Assembly (NCBI GenBank): GCA_019057635.1
Contig: DXJL01000128.1
Coordinates: 1 to 11,436, forward strand
Reading direction: 5' to 3'
DNA from: Candidatus Heimdallarchaeota archaeon
GTDB lineage: Archaea; Asgardarchaeota; Heimdallarchaeia; Hodarchaeales; Hodarchaeaceae
DNA: 11,436 bases
The position numbers and the translations under genes were made by a program. Under the pieces are notes generated by a model that was not told the DNA's origin, searched no databases, and was given only the letters and a program-made list of their open reading frames with translations. The stretch's first letter is position 1; every line of letters starts with the position of its first letter. Positions 7,948-11,436 of the stretch are shown here, one piece after another.

Positions 7948-9546
7948 ATGACTCCAAAAAAGTTTCTAGCATATGATCTTGGAACAACCAGTACTAAGGC
8001 TGTATTAATTTCAAATGAAATTGAATTCCTTGCTTCATCAGTGATGGATTATCGGACTATTTTTCCCAAAGCAGGATATGCAGAACATAATCCTGAAGAC
8101 TGGTGGCGAACCTTAGTAAGTACCACGCAGGAACTAATGAAAAAAACAGACACAGATCCTTCTGAGATTAATGCTATTACATTTAGTTCCCAAATGCAAG
8201 GATGTCTTCCAGTTGACAAAGATGGTACACCGTTAATGAACTGTATGATATGGCTGGACGGTCGAGGAGCCGAAATGATGTCCAAACTCTGGCCATGGCC
8301 AAGAATAATGGGATATAATCCCTATCGTTTATTTAGAAAGTTTTTGAAAATTACTGGAGGGTCACCTGGGTTAGCAGGGAAAGATATTATCCCTAAAATT
8401 CTGTGGCTGCAAAAGAATAATCCCGACCTCCTTCAGAGGACTTTCAAGTTCTTAGATGTGAAAGATTATGTGATTTATTTGCTTACAGGAGTAATGGCCA
8501 CCTCAACAGATCTTGCATATATTTGGTGGTTGATGGACAGTCGGAAGCAAGAAGGGAAACCACGGAATGAATGGTCCCGATCTTTATGTAAAACATTCAA
8601 GATAGATATGGAAAAACTCCCAGAGCTCCGAAAACCTACAGATATTATTGGTTCATTATCAGAAAAGGCCGCATTAGAGTTAGGGCTATTACAGGGAATA
8701 CCAGTAGTAAATGGTGCTGGAGATATGACTACAGCAGCTATTGGTTCGGGTGCAGTATTAGATGGAGAACTTCATTGCCAAATCGGAACGTCAGGATGGG
8801 TAGCTGGTCATGTCTCAGAAAGAAAAGTGGATATTAGTCATTACACAGGTTGTACAGGATCAGCTTTCGCTGATAGGTTCTATTTGGTTACAGGGCATCA
8901 GGAAATAGCCGGATCAGCACTTGAATGGGTAAAAAATAATATTCTTTATTTTAAAGAGGAATTACAATCACAAGAAAAGAAAGATGTTTATGAGATTTTT
9001 GATGAACTCGTTTCGGATTGCCCACCAGGTGGAAAAGCAGCTGGAGGCACAAATTTATTATTTATGCCATGGCTTTATGGAGAAAGATGTCCGTTAGATG
9101 ATGATCACGTCCGTGGAGGATTAATCAACCTTTCACTAGACCATGATAGACGCCATTTACTTAGAGCAGTGTTTGAAGGGGTGGCATTCAACGCTCGCTG
9201 GGCATTACATACAGTAGAAAAACTTTATTCTTCTGTAGAATGGCTTTCCATAATTGGAGGAGGAGCCAAATCCGAAGTTTGGTGTCAAATTTATGCTGAT
9301 ATTCTTAATAGAAAAATTAGACGTGTTAAAAATCCACAAGAAGCCGGAGCATTAGGTTCCGCGTTAATTGCAAAGATGGCATTAAGAGAAATTCAAAGTT
9401 TGGATGAGATTAAACAGTGTTGCCATTACGACAAAGAATTTACACCGAATCCTGAGTATCGTGAGCTGTATGATAATCTTTTCGAAGAATTCAAGAATTT
9501 GTACAAACAAAATAAGAAATGGTTCAAGAGGATGAATAGCGAGTAA
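7948..9546 (+). CDS. FGGY-family carbohydrate kinase (xylulokinase-like)
   Basis: 532 aa. Motifs: AYDLGTTSTKA, WLDGR, GAGD, IGTSGW, FMPWLYGERCP, RAVFEGVA, IGGGAKS. It starts 15 nt after the aminotransferase stop, so the two are probably co-transcribed. Substrate is not established. Confidence 0.93.
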   Translation: MTPKKFLAYDLGTTSTKAVLISNEIEFLASSVMDYRTIFPKAGYAEHNPEDWWRTLVSTTQELMKKTDTDPSEINAITFSSQMQGCLPVDKDGTPLMNCMIWLDGRGAEMMSKLWPWPRIMGYNPYRLFRKFLKITGGSPGLAGKDIIPKILWLQKNNPDLLQRTFKFLDVKDYVIYLLTGVMATSTDLAYIWWLMDSRKQEGKPRNEWSRSLCKTFKIDMEKLPELRKPTDIIGSLSEKAALELGLLQGIPVVNGAGDMTTAAIGSGAVLDGELHCQIGTSGWVAGHVSERKVDISHYTGCTGSAFADRFYLVTGHQEIAGSALEWVKNNILYFKEELQSQEKKDVYEIFDELVSDCPPGGKAAGGTNLLFMPWLYGERCPLDDDHVRGGLINLSLDHDRRHLLRAVFEGVAFNARWALHTVEKLYSSVEWLSIIGGGAKSEVWCQIYADILNRKIRRVKNPQEAGALGSALIAKMALREIQSLDEIKQCCHYDKEFTPNPEYRELYDNLFEEFKNLYKQNKKWFKRMNSE

Positions 9547-9550
9547 GCCT

Positions 9551-10585
9551 TCAATAATGTGAGGCTAATTTTGGAGTTCGAAAATCATCTGGGAATTTTA
9601 ACTTAAGATAAATCTGAATTTCGGTCTCATCAATCGTTTCCAGCGCTGAATATTCATCAATAGACGATCGTTGAATTCTCGTCCAATTAAGTAAATCTTT
9701 ACCAATTTTAAGACTTTTTCTCATTGAATCCGATTCGTCGACGATTAGAATCACTGAAAAATCAGATTCTTCCACACGCACTAGTTTGTAATGTTCATCT
9801 AGTTCTGAGGATCCAGTTCGTTTCATGAGAATCTCTCTCACACCTGCTCCTAAAGAGGCTTGAGCAAACGTATTAACTGCAGTAAACATACTTGTTAACA
9901 TTGATGGATCATATGTGACTTCTTCTTCTTTTGCACTTGTTCCAACTAGCAGACCAGATTCTGTTTTATAAATACATACATTGTGAATATTGATTTTAGG
10001 TAAAATGACCTCCCCTGTTAGTGTTTCAATCAACCAGTCAAAGGCTTGATAGAAGTTCACACCAGATTTGGTAGACATATGGAAGATATTTACTGCTTTG
10101 AATTGGCCTTTTTGCTGAATTTCGTATAAATCAAAATGCTGTAGGAGCAAGACATAAGGATCTACACCAGAAAGATCTGCTTTATTTGCAGCAAGTAATA
10201 AGATACCATTTGGTTTGATATGGGGAAGTGCATTAAATAATGCAGCTTTACTCTCTTCGAACGATTCTGGATTTGAACAATCGACTACAAAGACAATAGC
10301 AGATGCAATACGTAGATAATCCTCCCAGATCATGTGGAATGATTCTTGGCCCCCCAAATCAAACGCCTGAAAGCTTACATCACGATATTCGAATTGATCA
10401 ACATTTAATCCTATAGTTCTCGCTGAATTCCCATGAAATTCTCCTGTTCGTAACCTTTGTAGTATAGTAGTTTTACCTGCGAACCCTAGACCAATAAAAG
10501 TTATTAATTTTTCAGCTATTGGTTCTTTTGAATCAATATCTTTGGTCTTCTCTCTTCGTCTGAATAGGCGCTTTAATAAAGACAT
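9551..10585 (-). CDS. Arf-family small GTPase with a C-terminal longin/roadblock-like domain
   Basis: 344 aa. G1 GLGFAGKT (aa 32-39), G2 RTIG, G3 DLGGQ (76-80), Arf-type WEDY, G4 NKAD (134-137), G5 STK and closing FDWL. Residues ~199-335 follow a beta-beta-alpha-beta-beta-beta-alpha-alpha pattern (IHNVCIY..SGLLV, DPSMLTSMFTAVNTFAQ, VREILM, KLVRV, SVILIVD). Confidence 0.9.
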   Translation of the reverse strand: MSLLKRLFRRREKTKDIDSKEPIAEKLITFIGLGFAGKTTILQRLRTGEFHGNSARTIGLNVDQFEYRDVSFQAFDLGGQESFHMIWEDYLRIASAIVFVVDCSNPESFEESKAALFNALPHIKPNGILLLAANKADLSGVDPYVLLLQHFDLYEIQQKGQFKAVNIFHMSTKSGVNFYQAFDWLIETLTGEVILPKINIHNVCIYKTESGLLVGTSAKEEEVTYDPSMLTSMFTAVNTFAQASLGAGVREILMKRTGSSELDEHYKLVRVEESDFSVILIVDESDSMRKSLKIGKDLLNWTRIQRSSIDEYSALETIDETEIQIYLKLKFPDDFRTPKLASHY

Positions 10586-10662
10586 AAAAACACTTCAGGG
10601 AGTAGTATGTGAGAAAAAGGCGTTCTTTGAATAACTTAAACACGCATTTTAGATAAAGGTAA

Positions 10663-10956
10663 CTAGTCAAACTTTCCGGAGACAAAAATCGAATCTAAGG
10701 GTTTTTTTTGCCTCATTCAATAATAGCAAGAATTCTGGACATTTTAAAATATCATTACCAGTACAATCATAGGCTGGCCTGATAGCATCTTGGAGTCAAT
10801 GTCTTCAAAGTTTAGAGTTAAGAGAGTCTGTTTCCATCTGGAATCGAAATTTGTTTGTAGCTATTTCAAGTTTTTACGGGGAAATATAATAAAATTAACT
10901 GGAGCTTCACTAGTATCGATTTAATTTATCACGGAAAGTCTGGTAAATCTGACTAG
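10663..10956. repeat. Degenerate inverted repeat pair bounding ~290 bp (possible MITE or IS remnant)
   Basis: Left arm CTAGTCAAACTTTCCG (10663-10678). Right arm CGGAAAGTC[TGGTAAATC]TGACTAG (10932-10956) matches 15/16 once a 9-nt insertion is removed. No target-site duplication or transposase was found. Confidence 0.35.
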
Positions 10957-11032
10957 ATTTAAACCCTTCCTAGAATTAGTGTTGACTCCACTTTTTCGAA
11001 TCGTAGTCGGATAAAAATTCCTTCGTCAAATT

Positions 11033-11176
11033 TTGGCAGCTGTCACATCCACAGGTATGATTGATAAGGAAATCACGGCAAAAGGGCCCTCTATCCGTGT
11101 GAAAGGGAGTATAATCCAGGATAGTGAATTACGTGTGTTGTATTATGAGTTAGAAAAGGATCTTAGTCGAATTTAA
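11033..11176 (+). pseudogene. Small ORF or gene remnant of unknown function
   Basis: TTG 11033 (47 aa) or ATG 11057 (39 aa, MIDKEITAKGPSIRVKGSIIQDSELRVLYYELEKDLSRI) to TAA 11174-11176. The frame extends back to 10925 with a single TAA at 11012. It ends 7 nt from the convergent MFS stop. Confidence 0.3.
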
Positions 11177-11183
11177 TCCTTTT

Positions 11184-11436
11184 TCATGGAATGGTACTTC
11201 GATTATACTTTCCTTTAAATAGTAAGATAAAAACTAAGCACATTAATGCTACTAATCCTAGAAATAAGAAGCTAGTACTAAAATTATAAGCATCAGCTAG
11301 AAATCCAAATACAGTCGGAGCAATTGCACCAGTTAAAGTTGCACCTGAAAAAAGAATGCCAAAAGCGGATCCCATATCCCTGGGGGAGATTTCACTCATG
11401 ATTGTTGGTAAAATTGCCGCCCCTAGAAAGAAGAAA
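11184..11436 (-). CDS. MFS transporter, C-terminal part (truncated by the window edge)
   Basis: The frame stays open upstream of the tracked Met to the window end (FFFLGAAILPTIMSEISPRDMGSAFG...). GSAFG...GAIAPTVFGFLADAYNFSTSF followed by a hydrophobic helix is the MFS TM10-TM12 pattern. Confidence 0.85.
   Translation of the reverse strand, partial: FFFLGAAILPTIMSEISPRDMGSAFGILFSGATLTGAIAPTVFGFLADAYNFSTSFLFLGLVALMCLVFILLFKGKYNRSTIP

Noticed and set aside
6799-8285. Minus-strand ORFs 6799-7017, 7605-7829 and 8049-8285
   Set aside because: Antisense shadows of the aminotransferase and kinase genes.
7948-9546. Naming the kinase xylB and the aminotransferase gabT or argD
   Set aside because: Family membership is clear but substrate is not. 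No xylose, GABA or arginine pathway genes are in the window.
10791-10990. 9-bp inverted match TGGAGTCAA (10791-10799) / TTGACTCCA (10982-10990)
   Set aside because: About one 9-bp match is expected by chance in 600 bp, and it does not extend with Watson-Crick pairs.
10586-11183. RNase P RNA, SRP RNA, tRNA or CRISPR array in the large intergenic gap
   Set aside because: GGAAAGTC at 10933-10940 resembles the RNase P CR-I motif, but the flanking GA/C bases, a 3' P4 partner and GC-rich helices are missing. I found no cloverleaf, SRP helix 8 motif or regularly spaced repeats.
11397-11399. Tracked ATG as the start of a 71-aa membrane protein
   Set aside because: The frame is open to the window edge, so this is an internal Met of a longer MFS transporter.

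Overview
AT-rich, gene-dense archaeal window, most consistent with an Asgard archaeon. The taxonomic call is an inference from an Arf-family GTPase fused to a longin/roadblock-like domain, an archaeal MoaD/SAMP, oligo-T terminators and a probable form III RuBisCO tail. Contents, left to right: (1) the last 17 codons of a probable RuBisCO large subunit, which the ORF track missed; (2) a minus-strand operon of tungsten-type aldehyde:ferredoxin oxidoreductase, acyl-CoA synthetase and MoaD/SAMP; (3) a divergent promoter; (4) a plus-strand run of SCP2 lipid-carrier protein, iron-containing alcohol dehydrogenase, a 126-aa hypothetical protein, a class III PLP aminotransferase and an FGGY kinase; (5) a convergent Arf-like GTPase-longin fusion; (6) a ~600 bp gap holding a degenerate inverted-repeat (MITE-like) element and a small or broken ORF; (7) the 3' end of an MFS transporter. 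The two best leads are the Arf-longin fusion and the catabolic cluster, which may funnel hydrophobic amines, amino-alcohols or alcohols through aldehyde and acid to acyl-CoA. All family assignments come from motif recognition; no searches were run.
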